This document shows positions 11,871 through 23,632 of a stretch of 64,000 nt of DNA, in pieces. The position numbers were made by a program, and so were the translations under genes. Position 1 is the first letter of the stretch. The number at the start of each line of letters is the position of its first letter. The notes under the pieces are model-generated. The model was not told the DNA's origin. It saw only the letters and a program-made list of their open reading frames with translations, and did not search any database. Source of the stretch: Marsupella aquatica (taxonomy: Eukaryota; Plantae; Marchantiophyta); contig OZ316897.1 of NCBI GenBank assembly GCA_973895155.1, forward strand, positions 23,535,455-23,599,454, in the 5' to 3' direction.

Positions 11871-13242
11871 CTCAACTCCCAATCAGACCAACACATGAGC
11901 ATCTGTCTGCTAGTTGCGTTAAGGACAAACGCTCGGGGTCAACTGCTACGATCTCAAACATAGTACAAATGGACGGAGAGTTACAATTCACCTCAAATGC
12001 TGTAATTCGAGAGTATGAGGTCGTGAACACTACTTCTTCACATGCTTCCTCGTTAGTACAATACAACTATGTCTGCTAGCGACTCTACAATCTGCTCGAT
12101 GGATAAAATCTACCGGCAGTGGACGGAATCTTTGGAACTAGGGAATTGAATAATCCAATCTATCCAGGGCCAATTCAGTAGTGAACTATTCGGACAGGAG
12201 GGTTCGTAGTGCACATAGATACTGGAGTAACCTGCCACTTCCCATCGCGCTATTGAACGAATCGGGAATTCGTCTACATACACATGTGCTCGCTGTCACC
12301 CATGGCAAAGCCGAAGGATCTTGCTTGAAACACTATCTCACGATGTTTGAAATCATTCTTCTCTGCCCCGGGTGACTCTTGGGAGCCCTGAAATTATGAG
12401 ATGGTTACGCCTACTGCGATTAGCGCCCTATTAGTACGCTAGAAGGTGAACGCCATACTCACTTGTTGAAGAGCAAATCTTCTGCAAGATGAAGCATGCC
12501 GAGGAAAGGGTCAGCAACTTAGTGGAGAATCGGAAACTCTAGCTATAAAACACATCTTCCCGGGTGATCTCTACACCTTCTAACGTTCACAAACACGTCC
12601 TAAAGTATCCCATATTGTCACCAATCCTCACTTCCTTATAGAAGACAGCGATTTCTCCGTGGATTATTTTGTGCACAGTGACACTAGGGGAAGAAATGAT
12701 GAAGAAGCTAAATATGTTTTCAAAGGCCTAACTCTGTAAATCCAAGCTCCCAGTTAGCAAATCCAGCTTATTCCACTACGTACCATGACCGAAATCTCCT
12801 GCCCTAAAACGATGCCCGGCAGCTCCCATACACTATTGTGTCCCAGAATACAGATCCCGGCTCATACACAACCTCAGGAAAAGATAAACCCGGGACCTGA
12901 TCACCTCTTCCGCTTACTACGACCGTGTCGCAGCAGGGATTCCAAAGACGAAGACAAAAGAAAAGGCACTAAGAGATGGGGTGAATAACCGACTGACAGC
13001 CAAGAATAGAAGAGCAAACACACCTTGCAGCACTCAAAATGTTGTCCCCGGCTCTGCATTGTCGCTGCCCGCTGACTTCTCGTATCATGAATTGGGCATG
13101 AAGCACTACTCCAAACCTGCATTTGTTGTATGTCATGTTGACAAGCCATATAACATACAGTATGTCCATATGTTAAAATTTACACCATTTGAAATAAAAT
13201 TCAGGTTTTCCACTTGAACCATTTTGCCATCAGTTTTGCAAG

Positions 13243-13269
13243 TTTAGGGTTTAGGGTTTAAACCCTAAA
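13243..13269. repeat. Short head-to-head interstitial telomeric motif
   Basis: TTTAGGGTTTAGGGTTTA-AACCCTAAA, flanked by the inverted octamer CCACTTGA/TCAAGTGG. Confidence 0.6.
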
Positions 13270-13562
13270 TTTGAAAAAAAATTCTCAAGTGGGGTTTCCT
13301 TTTGTCTTTTAGATCCACTATTCTTATTACCTTATCACATCTATTTTGTCTCAAGCACTTTTTGCTACTCATCTCTATTGATGTTCAAAGAACGGGTAAT
13401 GGGAGCTAGTATATCAAACTGCCAAAAAGCAAGAGGCGCTGAACTGGGAGACATGATCCCACAGACCAAAAACCCAGGGAGAACAAGAAAACTACCAAAA
13501 AGCCAAAAAGACCAGGCACTAGCCCAGCGTAAGGAAAACAAAAGACACTCCAACTGAAAACT

Positions 13563-13920
13563 CTACCTATCTGCAAATTGAAGAGTATGGTAAAGCCCAG
13601 GCATGAACTTCATAGGAGGGTCAACCAAGGGAATCCGACTAGATGCCTGGAATCCAACTGCCTCTCCTTGACAAAGAATAGTGAAGACTTGTGCTTGCTG
13701 AAGCGCAATAGACACCCGTTGTCTATAAAAGGCTGTAATAACAGACACGGGGGAATAAGCCCGTCACTCGACATAATGAATCGCACAAGAATGCAAGAAA
13801 TGGTCAACTCAAAAAGTGGGTGCAACACTCCAAAGACCTCCACAGCAAACGGGTAGGAAAGGTCCCTCGGGTAACGCGTAGCATAAGCATCCTCAAAAAC
13901 CTCCTTGAGGGACCTCCATC
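13563..13920 (-). mobile_element. 3' fragment of a restriction-like-endonuclease (CRE-like) non-LTR retrotransposon, frameshifted
   Basis: Peptides YPFAVEVFGVLHP and FYRQRVSIALQQAQVFTIL resemble the C-terminal P.a.E.fG ... qr.sialq..na..il motifs of RLE-type non-LTR ORFs. Recognised by eye only. Confidence 0.5.
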
Positions 13921-13998
13921 TACCCGAGGGACCTTTTCTACCCGTTTGCTGTGGAGGTCTTTGGAGCATTGCACCCGCTTTTTGAGTCGGCCATTTCT
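13796..13998. repeat. Fold-back: ~78-bp imperfect inverted repeat with 47-bp spacer
   Basis: 13796-13873 is the reverse complement of 13921-13998 with a few mismatches. Confidence 0.85.
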
Positions 13999-15875
13999 CC
14001 TTGAAACCCTATCGGCCAACTTTCAAGCTGACCTGCGTAAGAAGGACGACATGCTCAATCAAACCTACAAGAAGATGAATAAGATAGAGTTTGATGCTGT
14101 CCACGAGCTTAACGCAGAGCTGAGAGCAACCCAGGAGGAGAGGGCGGTCTTACGGAAGGAGTTGGACTAAAATCAGGAGTTGGAGGAAGCTCGCGGGGAT
14201 TTAGACGAGACCCAAGAGGAGTTGGAGGAAGCCACGCGGAAAATGGAGAACTTGCAGAGGCGGGCGGACAACCAAACAGAGCGGCTGAAGAAACTAGCCG
14301 AGGAGTTAAATTGGCAGGCTAGAATAAGTGGACCCCCAGTGGCGGCAACAAGGTTGCAGGGCGTGGTACTGACCGAACAACAAGCCGAGGCACCCTCACT
14401 TGTGCCGGAAGTAATTGGCAAGGGGAAGGCGCCGGCTGCCTGGGAAGGTAAGGACAAGAAGAATCAAAAACCTTCCGGGTCAGGGAGCAGCACGGTTCCT
14501 CAGGCCACCATGACTGAGGTAGAAAGCATGGCACCGGCCTTATGCGAGGTAGTGGTTGTCAAGGTGGCAGTCTTGGAGGTAGGCCAAGAAGACCAGTTGG
14601 GTGAGGCCATGACGGGCACGGACTCAAGGTTGCCAATCATTGATCGGCATCAACTGCAACCTTGGGAAGACGAGACAACCCGACTCATAGGACAAGCCTA
14701 TGAGGAGGACCACTGCGACAAGATGGCCAATGTTGGGATTGACAGTGCCAAAGCCGCAAGAGCGGACCCACCACTGTTACAAGCCAGGGGAACACAAGCC
14801 GTGGAAACAAAAGCCGAGGTAGGAGTGGGGCCCGGTCACACCAAGGATGGGTTGACCCAATCGGGAGCTGGTAACCTATCAGAGGACGAACCGACTACAT
14901 TGGCCGCCAAGGAAGGATTGGGAGCGTCCATTGAGGGCCAGCCATCAGTGTCATGATGATGGAGAAGGGCTGTCCCTTTTAGGGAGGGCAAACATGGAGG
15001 TAGGAGGCGTGAGTGGGCAAAGCGAGTGCGGACCTCCAAATTTAGGATTAGGATCAGGAGCAAGAAGCGGCCCTGACACTTAGATTAGTGGGATTACGGA
15101 TCCACTGGTAAGAGCAACACTTGTGCTCTTGCCCCGTTGTACATACTTAGGTAGATTACACTTAGAGGTAGATTAGGCTTACGTAGCAAGGAAATAGGTA
15201 GATGCGCTGCCAGGATAAATATGTGTGCAACGGGGACTTCAGGGCCTTCTTCTTAAGCAAGTTTTTAGTGCACCAACAAGGCTAAGATCAATTAGTAAGA
15301 GGAGCTCTCGGTTAGTTATGCAGTGACTCCTGTGTATATTAATGTTTCCTCGTGCCTAAGAGCTGAATAGTTTTGGTCTTCCGACTTAGTTCACAGATCT
15401 TGTGTACGAGAAGTACTCTTTGTATGGCAGTTGCACAATATAACTTAGTCAGTATGAGTCATCTTTCTAGTTGTGTGTCGCATTAACTTGTGTGAAGATT
15501 GCCCACATCAACTATAGGAGAGAAAAGAAGTAAGTTAAGTCATCAGGAGCAGGAAGAGTTGGATGTGTTGAGCTGAGAGGAATCTTAGCGGCTACCCAAG
15601 CCAATTGGGCATCATTCCGGGGGCGGAATCCAAACATACATGAAGGGAGACCAATAGAAGAGAATAAGGAGAGGCCTAGAGTAGGTCGGTTGCATATCTC
15701 ATGACCCGATGAAGCATCTGTCCAATATATGTGGGTAAAAAGTTGGTAAAGAGTTTTAGTAGCGTCCCATGCCGATAAGCCACAGAACCAGCCTTGGCAA
15801 GAGCAAAACTGGTGGGAATCGGCTTGTTCAGGGCAAGTTCTTGGGTTTAGAGAGCCATCAATGGGACGCACCACA
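13999..15875 (+). mobile_element. Family-A LTR-like element, diverged copy A3 (5' truncated), abutting/inserted into a family-B copy
   Basis: Coiled-coil ORF remnant (FQADLRKKDDML..., TRKMENLQRRADNQTERLKK) homologous to the A4 C-terminus. The 3' tail is collinear with 31310-32229 and ends GGGACGCACCACA at 15875. Confidence 0.85.
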
Positions 15876-16754
15876 CGATGCATGGTTAATTTGGCCACTA
15901 CGACAGTGGCCACAGGTAAGCCGGATACTGAAGCCGGCTTCTTCCACTTCCTACCCCAAGATTGGCTCCCGGGGTGACTCATGGAGGGGGACATCTCCCC
16001 ATCTTCTCTATTTGGTGTCAATATTGCTATCGCTGTAAGTACTGGTGCCGGGGCTGCAACCGTCACTATGTTGCCTATCGGGGGTGCCCCTCGGATTTGG
16101 GATTGGGATGGTGGCGCAATACCCATAACAGGTTGTTAGGTACCTGGTGGGTTGTGGTGAAGGGAAGGGGCTTCCTCATCCTCTGAGCTGAGGTTGACCG
16201 CATTCACCACGGACCGCACATGAGTAGATGATGCAACCGATGGGGGAGAGCGGCTTGAGGGTGCTCGGGGTGGTGTCTTGCTTGTCCTGATGCGGGCGAG
16301 TTGGCCATGGGTGCTGCTGGAGGAGGTGCCATGGGGCCCGGTATTCTCGCGGGAAAGCCGAGTGATGCTGCAATTGATGAAGGTTCGCTTGGGTTCGGAC
16401 TATCGCCAAACCAACAGTCCAAGAAGGACTGCACTCTGGCAAGGATGTCGTCAAAGTGATGATGTTGTAAGTCCATTGTGCTAGGGATCCTGAAGACCTT
16501 GTCCGGGAGTCAGGGGAGCGCTTCTCCAAAGCCGAGGTACTTTGATCCCTCAAAGAAGAACTCAACGATCTCTTTGTCCCGACAGTACTTGCTCTTGAAC
16601 GGAACATTAAAGGTCATTGTTGTAGTGAGAATGCCCGTTCAAACGGATAAGCCATTCGTAATGCCTTTCGGCTTTGTACTTGCGTGGGTTGTGCTCGGCG
16701 AGTGAGGTTGCAAGAGCCGTATTACTTATTACCAACCGTGTTGGCGGTGTCACA
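15876..16754 (-). mobile_element. Family-B LTR-like element, diverged 5' fragment B2
   Basis: Minus strand starts TGTGACACCGCC (B1: TGTGACGCTGCC). It encodes DLQHHHFDDI and REDGEMSPS...SGLPVATVVVAKLTMHR, homologous to B1 DLQRHHFDHI and REDGEVSPS...SGLPLATVAVAKVTMHR. Internal deletion near the 5' end. Confidence 0.8.
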
Positions 16755-16766
16755 GCGAGTGTCACA

Positions 16767-17857
16767 GCTATACTACATGAAGGAAAAGTCTCAAGTATTT
16801 GAGATCTTCAAGGAGATTGTGGAAAGCCATGGTGGAGCTACAAATTGGGAAGGAGTTTAAGTGTGTTTGGTCAGATAACGGTGGCGAGTATAAGTCTAAT
16901 GAGTTTGACCAATTTGGTCAAGACCTTGGCCTCAAGTGTCATTGCATTGTACCAGAGACCCCGCAATAGAATGGAGTAGCAAAATGGTTGAATCAGACAT
17001 TATTGGAGAGAGCATGCAGCATGCTATATAGGTCCAAGTTGTCCAGTAATTTTTTGGCTAAAGCTGTCAACCAAGCTGCATATGTTTATGACTTGTCATC
17101 GCACAGTAGTCAATTGATGCAAACTCCGTTTGAGTTGTGGTACAAGAGACCTACTGATTACTCTAGACTCCGAGTTTTTGGTTGTGCTCCCTATGTTCAT
17201 ATTCAGTAGACACACAGGTCTAAGTTGGATCCTAAGTCTAAAAAATGTATTTTTCTAGGCTTGAGTCCTGGGCAAATTAAGGGACTATAAATTATGGGAT
17301 CCTGTTGATTGCAAGGCAGTTGTGAACATAAATGTTGTTTTTGACAAAGAACGGTTGTCAAGACCCCGGAATAATCAAGAGGAACAGGTGGAGGAACCCA
17401 CTACAGTGGAGCTTGGTGGTGATGAGGAAGCTGCTGGTCCCTCTAGTAGAGGTGCAATTCCTCATCCAAGGCACTCCACAAGGGCCAATGTTTTTTGCCA
17501 ACCCCCTAATAGATTTGGTTTTGCAAATCCTCGTGTTCATGTGGTTGAGCACGACGATGATACCGGTGTTATTTTGCTCACTGAAGATGGAGACCCCTCT
17601 AGCTATGAAAAAGCTATGTCCTTTCCAAAGAAGGATAAGTGGATGGAGGTGATGTTGAAGGAGATGAATTCTTTGAAGAAGAATTCAACTTGGCGCTTAA
17701 TTGACATGCCTCGTGGGAAGACGCTGATTCCGTGTAGATGATTATACAAGAAGAAGCAGGATGGCACCTACAAGGGATGCCTTGTGGCCAAAGGGTACAC
17801 CCAGAAGGAGGGCTTGGACTACACATAAATTTTTCTCACCAGTTGTCAAACTCGCTA
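16767..17857 (+). mobile_element. Old Ty1/Copia element (Copia-1), integrase to RT start, pseudogenised
   Basis: YMKEKSQVFEIFK, SDNGGEY, LRVFGC, LDPKSKKCIFLG, EMNSLKKNSTW, LVAKGYTQKEGLDY. Stops and frameshifts; interrupted by the CACTA at 17858. Confidence 0.9.
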
Positions 17858-18520
17858 CACTAGTAGAAAACAATGTATTTTATGACGGAAACAATGACTA
17901 TTAATCAGGTCTTTTTAACAAAACAATGACGCAATCGTTCTTGTCTTTCCAGACGCGTCACAACGGACATTTTGGTCACGGTCCTTTTGGACAAATGACG
18001 CTAAAAACATGTGGTCATTTCATACTATCCTAAATGACGGTTTTTAGATATGGTCATAAATGCTGAACGGTCCAAAATGACAACACAAATCACCATCGAC
18101 GGTCAATTGCCGTTGACCGTCGACGGTCCCCGTACCCAATCACACAATGACACATGGCAATCAAAAAACAAATAACATTGGTCATTTTGGACTTGTCCAA
18201 AATGACGTACATTATATAACAAATCAAATAGTGACACATGGTTCAAAGAGGATTCACCATTTGGCAATATATTTGGGTCATTTTGGACATGTCCAAAATG
18301 ACTATGATATAAACAAGTCATATTTAGACATGTGGTTCAATTAGGAGGAGACACATAAAGATACACATTAGTCATTAATGACATGTCTTGAATGACATAA
18401 AATGAGTCATAGTGGACTTGTTTATAATGACCATGAGAGCGGTCATTGTATATGTCATTCTTTGAATCATTTAGTCTATGTCTTTAATGACCATAGTTGA
18501 GTCATATTGGTCACAAAGAT
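17858..18520. repeat. CACTA left subterminal region with dense AATGAC/GTCATT motifs (putative TnpA binding sites)
   Basis: Many copies of AATGAC and GTCATT in both orientations, mirrored at 44750-45630. Confidence 0.75.
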
Positions 18521-19018
18521 AGTAGTGGATAATTGTTATGAATACACAAGATGATAGTAGTCAATAATCCCCACTCACTTCCATTATGCCAAGGACTTAT
18601 ATAGTCCAGAAGGGTTAACATGGTTGGGTTAATGTTAACCTATCCTATACTAGGGTTAAGTCATATTATGGGTTATAACACTTCCCCTTGGTTACTTGGA
18701 CGGGTGTCAAGGAACCACACATTTAACCCTAGTTTAAAAGTGGGAGTCACTTATGATGTAGCCTCATCAAACCTTGCTGCTTTCCTCTCAAGGAAGAGTA
18801 CTACCATCATTACAATTTGTGGTCCCTAATTCAGAAAGTCTCTAATGTGTATGCTCTAAGTCTAAAAGTAGCCTATTACTGTCTAAGCCAGTGGGCTAAT
18901 AGTAAGTAAGCGTTTATTTGTTACTCTAGTCGGGGTAGTATTGTATTCATGATGGGGGAACATGTGTCTCTCTGTAAACTGTTCGTTAGATACTACGATT
19001 TAGTAGTTTGTCGAGGTT

Positions 19019-22000
19019 CTACTTCGATTTTGCGTTGGCTGTGTGTTCGTGTCGGGAGTTGTCGTTAGTCGAGGAGGTTAGGGAGGAGAGACGATGCATT
19101 CCAATGGCGCTGACGTGCTTTCGATGTGTAGTCGCTGGTAGCGGCTTGGTGAAGAGGTCGGCGCAATTGTCTTGTGAGCTTATCCACTTTACTTGTATTT
19201 GCTTTCCGCTGTGTTCGTGCGTAAAGAAAAATTTCGGGTCTATGTGCTTGGTTCGATCGGTCTTCATGTAGCCTGTAACTATCTGGTCGACGCATGCCCT
19301 ATTGTCCTCGTAGATGGTGGTTGGATTTGTGAGTAAGGTTTTTCCTGTCTGTTTGAGTATATGTGTGATTATACTACGGAGCCAAATCGCTTCGCGGCAT
19401 GCCTCATAGAGGGCAATTACTTCGGCGTGATTCGATGACGTTGTGGTTAGGCTCTGCTTCGTGCTTCTCCAAGATATGGCGGTTTTACCCTGCAAGAAGA
19501 CGTATCCTGTCTGCGACTTTGAATCTTGGGGGTCTGAGAGGTATCCAGCGTCCGCGTATCCTGTAAGTTCATCCTCGCTTTCGTTGGGGAAGAATAGTCC
19601 CATGTCAATTGTTCCTTGGAGGTATCGGAATACTCGTTTTATGCCGTTCCAGTGGCGTATTGTCGGGTGCGCGCTATGTCGTGCGAGGAGGCTCACTGCA
19701 AAGGATATATCCGGTCGGGTGTTGTTGGCCAGGTAAAGGAGGGCTCCGATAGCCGATAAGTATGGCTTATCTGAATCTAGTATTGGTTCGTTGTCCTGTC
19801 TTTGCCTGAACATGTCCTTCGCAGTGTCTAAGGATCTCAGCTCCATTGGTGTTGATACCGGGTATGCCTTTTGCATATTGAATTGTTGGAGGATTTTGTT
19901 TGTATAGGTAGACTGGCTAATGAATGTGCCTGTCTGTAGGTGATCGAACTGAAGGCCGAGGCAGTAAGTCGGTTCTCCCAGTTCTTTCATCTCGAAAATG
20001 CCCTTCATTGTGTTGATTGTTTGTCGTAATAGTCGTTGTGTACCGAAGAGATTAATGTCATCGACATATAGCGCTAACACGACGAACTCTGTGTCTACTC
20101 TTTTGATGAATATACAGGGCGCTATGTCTTCTGTAATAAATCCGAGTGCTTGTATTTCGGTTTTAAATTTCTGGTACCATATACGGCCGCTTTGTTTCAG
20201 GCCGTTTATGGATTTCAATACTTGCACAGCAAATGCCTGCTGTCCAGTCCTTCGTTTTCCGGGGTACTGGAGTGGTGCTTTCTGTGTGTTGCCACTGCTC
20301 AACACAAGGCCTTTACAATCATCATTAGGGATAATCTGGTCAATTCCCGACTTCATATCCTTGCTCAGGTTCGGGTATTGCTTCCCCTGAATGTGTTCTG
20401 CCACTCTTTCGAGTAATTCCTTTGGTGCTTTCATATGAATTTCGGAGTCTAAGACTCCATATAGGTATGCCGTTACTACGTCCATAAGGATATTGCATAA
20501 TTGGTGTTTGCGAGAGAAAGCAATTAAATACCTGAATGTCGTCACGTCCATTACTGGTGAATATGTTAGATCATAGTCCCTGCCTGGGATCTGGGTGTAT
20601 CCTTTTGCTACTAATCGCGCTCTGTATCTGATAACATCACCTTTTGCATTTCGCTTTTTAATGAACGTAAATCGGCTGTCTGTATAGTCATTGTTAGGAT
20701 CAACTTGTTTGACTGGTCCGAAGACTTGTCGATGGATTAGTGCATCCATTTCTGTGTCAATGGCCTCTTTCCAGTGTGGCCAATCTGACCTTGTTTGTGC
20801 TTCTTTGATTGTTAAAGGGTCCGAAGTATCATTGGTTATTTCTTGAGCTATATGGTAAGCAAATTGTTCGTCGACAGTAGTGTTTTGTCTCGTGTAAATT
20901 TGTCCTGTATGCTTATACTGAATTGACATCTCCTCATTACCCGATATGTCTGGTGTCTCGGATTCATTATTAATGAAGTGAAAAGTAGTTTCAGGAATTA
21001 CCTGATGGGGGCGTCTTTGGCGGGGTCGGGTATCATGTGATCCTGGTGGCCTACCTCTTTTCGCCTTAGGGGCAGCTACTGTTGCTGGAGGAGTATTCAT
21101 TTGTACTCTGGCTGGTACATTGGTTGCCTCGTTGTGGGATTTTGTAACATTTGCTGCATCATTAAATGCATCTGGGATCTTATCCAGCATCTCGTGGAGG
21201 TGGAGTAATCGTCTAACTTCTGCATCCGTTTGTTTCGTCCTCGGGTCCTGGTTGAGTAAGTTTCTGCTGTTCCAGTTGATCTGGTGTGGGTGCAAGTCCC
21301 CTGTCATTTGTTTGTCTATGCTTAGGGTGGGAAAAGTGTCTTCGTAAAAATGACAATCTGTATGTCTGGCCTTAAACACATCGGCTGTTGTCGGTTCCAG
21401 GTAGCGAATGATCGAGGATGAGTCATTTCCGATGTAGATTCCTTCTTGTCTTTGAGGTCCGATTTTTGTACGCTTGGGTCCCAGTATTGGGACCATGACT
21501 TTGCATCCAAATACCCGCAGGTGTGACAGGTCTGGAGGTAGTCCGAACGCTAAGTGGTGTGGAGTCTTTGTGTTGAACGCCGATGGTCTGTATTGAAGCA
21601 GTGTGGCAGCATGGAGGACTGCGTGTCCCCATGTGGATAGGGGTAACTTTGAATTCATTAACAGGGGTCTGGTTATCATCTGTATACGCTTGATAACGGA
21701 TTCTGCCATTCCGTTTTGGAAATGGACATATGGGACTGAGTATTCAGTGTCAATGCCCGCTGCCCAGCAAAACTCATCGAATGCTTTTGAGGTGAATTCC
21801 CCTGCACCATCCACTCTCAGTTTCCGAATTGGATGTTCTGGGAATTGTGCTTTAAGCTTTAGAATGTTGGCCAGTATCCTAGCGAAGACCAAGTTGCGTG
21901 TAGAGAGTAGAGATACTTGCAGCCATTTGGTCGAAGAGTCGATGATGGCCAGGAAATACTTAAACGGTCCACTTGGTGGGTGGATCGGGCCGCATACATC

Positions 22001-23632
22001 TGCGTTCAGGTGTTCCAGGAAGTTCGGGATGGCATAGATTGTCTTCTGTATTTGTGGGCGTGTAATCAGCTTCCCCTGAGAGCACGCCAGGCATTGCCTT
22101 TGTTTTGTTGATGGGTTGACTCCTTGGGGGATTCCACGGGAGTCATGAATAATTCTGCGGTACATGTTTACTCCGGGGTGTCCCAGTCGACAGTGCCATA
22201 AGTATGTGATATCAGGTAAGTCTGCAGTGACATAGTGAGCTTGAATTTGAGTTGCGTAGAGGCCTGGTGGTATAAGGGGTAAGGTTTCTTTAATATGTAT
22301 ACCTTGTTCGGTAACCTCCACGATTTGGAGGGTATCTTCCTCGTCTATTTTCACTGTGCGCAGTTGATATTTATTTGCGACTATGTCTCGGAAGCTGATG
22401 AGGTTCCTTGTAGCTCGCGGGGCGAATATCGCTGCTTCGATGGCGAGTGCAGTGCCTCCTGGGAATATTACCGTGGCTGTGCCTTTACCCTCCTCAATCT
22501 GGTTTGTGCCTGAAATGGTGGTCATATGCCGGGCTGATGGGGTAATTGAGTGGAAATATTTCTTGTCCTTTAGTATTGTATGAGACGTACCGCTGTCAAT
22601 TATGCCCAGATTGGGGTCTTGTAGTGTGTAGGGTCCTCTTGCTGGAGTTACTATGTGGGTCTCCACTTCATGAGGTTGTTCGGGGTCTTTGTAGGTGGCT
22701 ATTGCTTCTTCTAGCTCCATGTAGTTCCCTGCTGGGTTTTGTTTGAGTCTAGCTCTTGATTCTGTATGTTTCCTGGCTATTTGGTCCGATGCCCAACAAT
22801 TTTTCTTCAGGTGTCCTATTTTTCCGCATCGGTAGCACATCCTGTCATCTTTGGTGTTGTCCGATGCATTATCACTCATCCTGCCTCTGCCGCCTACTCC
22901 CCTGCCTCTTGTGTTGTATGATTGTCGATATCCTCGACCTCTGTAGGATTGGTTTCTACCTCTGCCTTGGTATCCGCCTCTGCCTCTTGGTCGGCCTCGT
23001 CCCATGTTATCTCGCTGATAGTAATTTATCTCTGGTTTGTGTGGTGGTGGTTCTGTTCCCGCAGGTCTTTTTCGGGCGTTTTGCATGGCGACCACCTGTT
23101 GCTTCTCTTCTACAAGTAAATGTGCGATAAGATCTGAATATGTGGTGAATTGCATATTTCGGTACTGTGTACCGAGTGCAATGTTTGATTCGGGGAATGT
23201 ACTCAGTGTCTTGTCGATCTTATCTGCGTCTGGGACTGGATGGCCGCAGAGTTCTAGTTGAGAGGTAATTTTAAATAGAGCGCTGTTGTAGTTAGCAATG
23301 GAAGTATGATCCATCACTCGTAGGTTGTACCAATCGCGGCGAGCCTCAGGAAGCCATATTTCGCGCATATGGTCGAATCGGGCCTTTAACTTGTCCCACA
23401 GGAGTCGTGGATTGACTTCGTTCATGTATTGGGATTTTAGTGAGGGAACCAAGTGCTGGCGCAAAAGGAACACGGCCTTGGCCTTCTGTTGTAGAGTCAG
23501 ATTTTGGTCTGTGATTAATGTATCTTCAAGCTCCAACGATGCGAAGTATGTTTCCGCATCTACGGCCCATGTCAAGTAGTTGCTGCCGTCTACTAGTAGG
23601 GCTGGGAAATGTAACTTCTCCAATGTTGCCAT
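19019..23632 (-). CDS. Copia Gag-Pol polyprotein (Gag, CCHC knuckle, protease, integrase, RT, RNase H)
   Basis: 1537 aa. Bianca-type N-terminus (LEKLHFPALLVDGSNYLTWAVDAE), CYRCGKIGHLKKNC, IIDSGTSHT, WHCRLGHPG, RVDGAGEF, YVDD, GYADAGY, YEDNRAC. Confidence 0.95.
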   Translation of the reverse strand: MATLEKLHFPALLVDGSNYLTWAVDAETYFASLELEDTLITDQNLTLQQKAKAVFLLRQHLVPSLKSQYMNEVNPRLLWDKLKARFDHMREIWLPEARRDWYNLRVMDHTSIANYNSALFKITSQLELCGHPVPDADKIDKTLSTFPESNIALGTQYRNMQFTTYSDLIAHLLVEEKQQVVAMQNARKRPAGTEPPPHKPEINYYQRDNMGRGRPRGRGGYQGRGRNQSYRGRGYRQSYNTRGRGVGGRGRMSDNASDNTKDDRMCYRCGKIGHLKKNCWASDQIARKHTESRARLKQNPAGNYMELEEAIATYKDPEQPHEVETHIVTPARGPYTLQDPNLGIIDSGTSHTILKDKKYFHSITPSARHMTTISGTNQIEEGKGTATVIFPGGTALAIEAAIFAPRATRNLISFRDIVANKYQLRTVKIDEEDTLQIVEVTEQGIHIKETLPLIPPGLYATQIQAHYVTADLPDITYLWHCRLGHPGVNMYRRIIHDSRGIPQGVNPSTKQRQCLACSQGKLITRPQIQKTIYAIPNFLEHLNADVCGPIHPPSGPFKYFLAIIDSSTKWLQVSLLSTRNLVFARILANILKLKAQFPEHPIRKLRVDGAGEFTSKAFDEFCWAAGIDTEYSVPYVHFQNGMAESVIKRIQMITRPLLMNSKLPLSTWGHAVLHAATLLQYRPSAFNTKTPHHLAFGLPPDLSHLRVFGCKVMVPILGPKRTKIGPQRQEGIYIGNDSSSIIRYLEPTTADVFKARHTDCHFYEDTFPTLSIDKQMTGDLHPHQINWNSRNLLNQDPRTKQTDAEVRRLLHLHEMLDKIPDAFNDAANVTKSHNEATNVPARVQMNTPPATVAAPKAKRGRPPGSHDTRPRQRRPHQVIPETTFHFINNESETPDISGNEEMSIQYKHTGQIYTRQNTTVDEQFAYHIAQEITNDTSDPLTIKEAQTRSDWPHWKEAIDTEMDALIHRQVFGPVKQVDPNNDYTDSRFTFIKKRNAKGDVIRYRARLVAKGYTQIPGRDYDLTYSPVMDVTTFRYLIAFSRKHQLCNILMDVVTAYLYGVLDSEIHMKAPKELLERVAEHIQGKQYPNLSKDMKSGIDQIIPNDDCKGLVLSSGNTQKAPLQYPGKRRTGQQAFAVQVLKSINGLKQSGRIWYQKFKTEIQALGFITEDIAPCIFIKRVDTEFVVLALYVDDINLFGTQRLLRQTINTMKGIFEMKELGEPTYCLGLQFDHLQTGTFISQSTYTNKILQQFNMQKAYPVSTPMELRSLDTAKDMFRQRQDNEPILDSDKPYLSAIGALLYLANNTRPDISFAVSLLARHSAHPTIRHWNGIKRVFRYLQGTIDMGLFFPNESEDELTGYADAGYLSDPQDSKSQTGYVFLQGKTAISWRSTKQSLTTTSSNHAEVIALYEACREAIWLRSIITHILKQTGKTLLTNPTTIYEDNRACVDQIVTGYMKTDRTKHIDPKFFFTHEHSGKQIQVKWISSQDNCADLFTKPLPATTHRKHVSAIGMHRLSSLTSSTNDNSRHEHTANAKSK

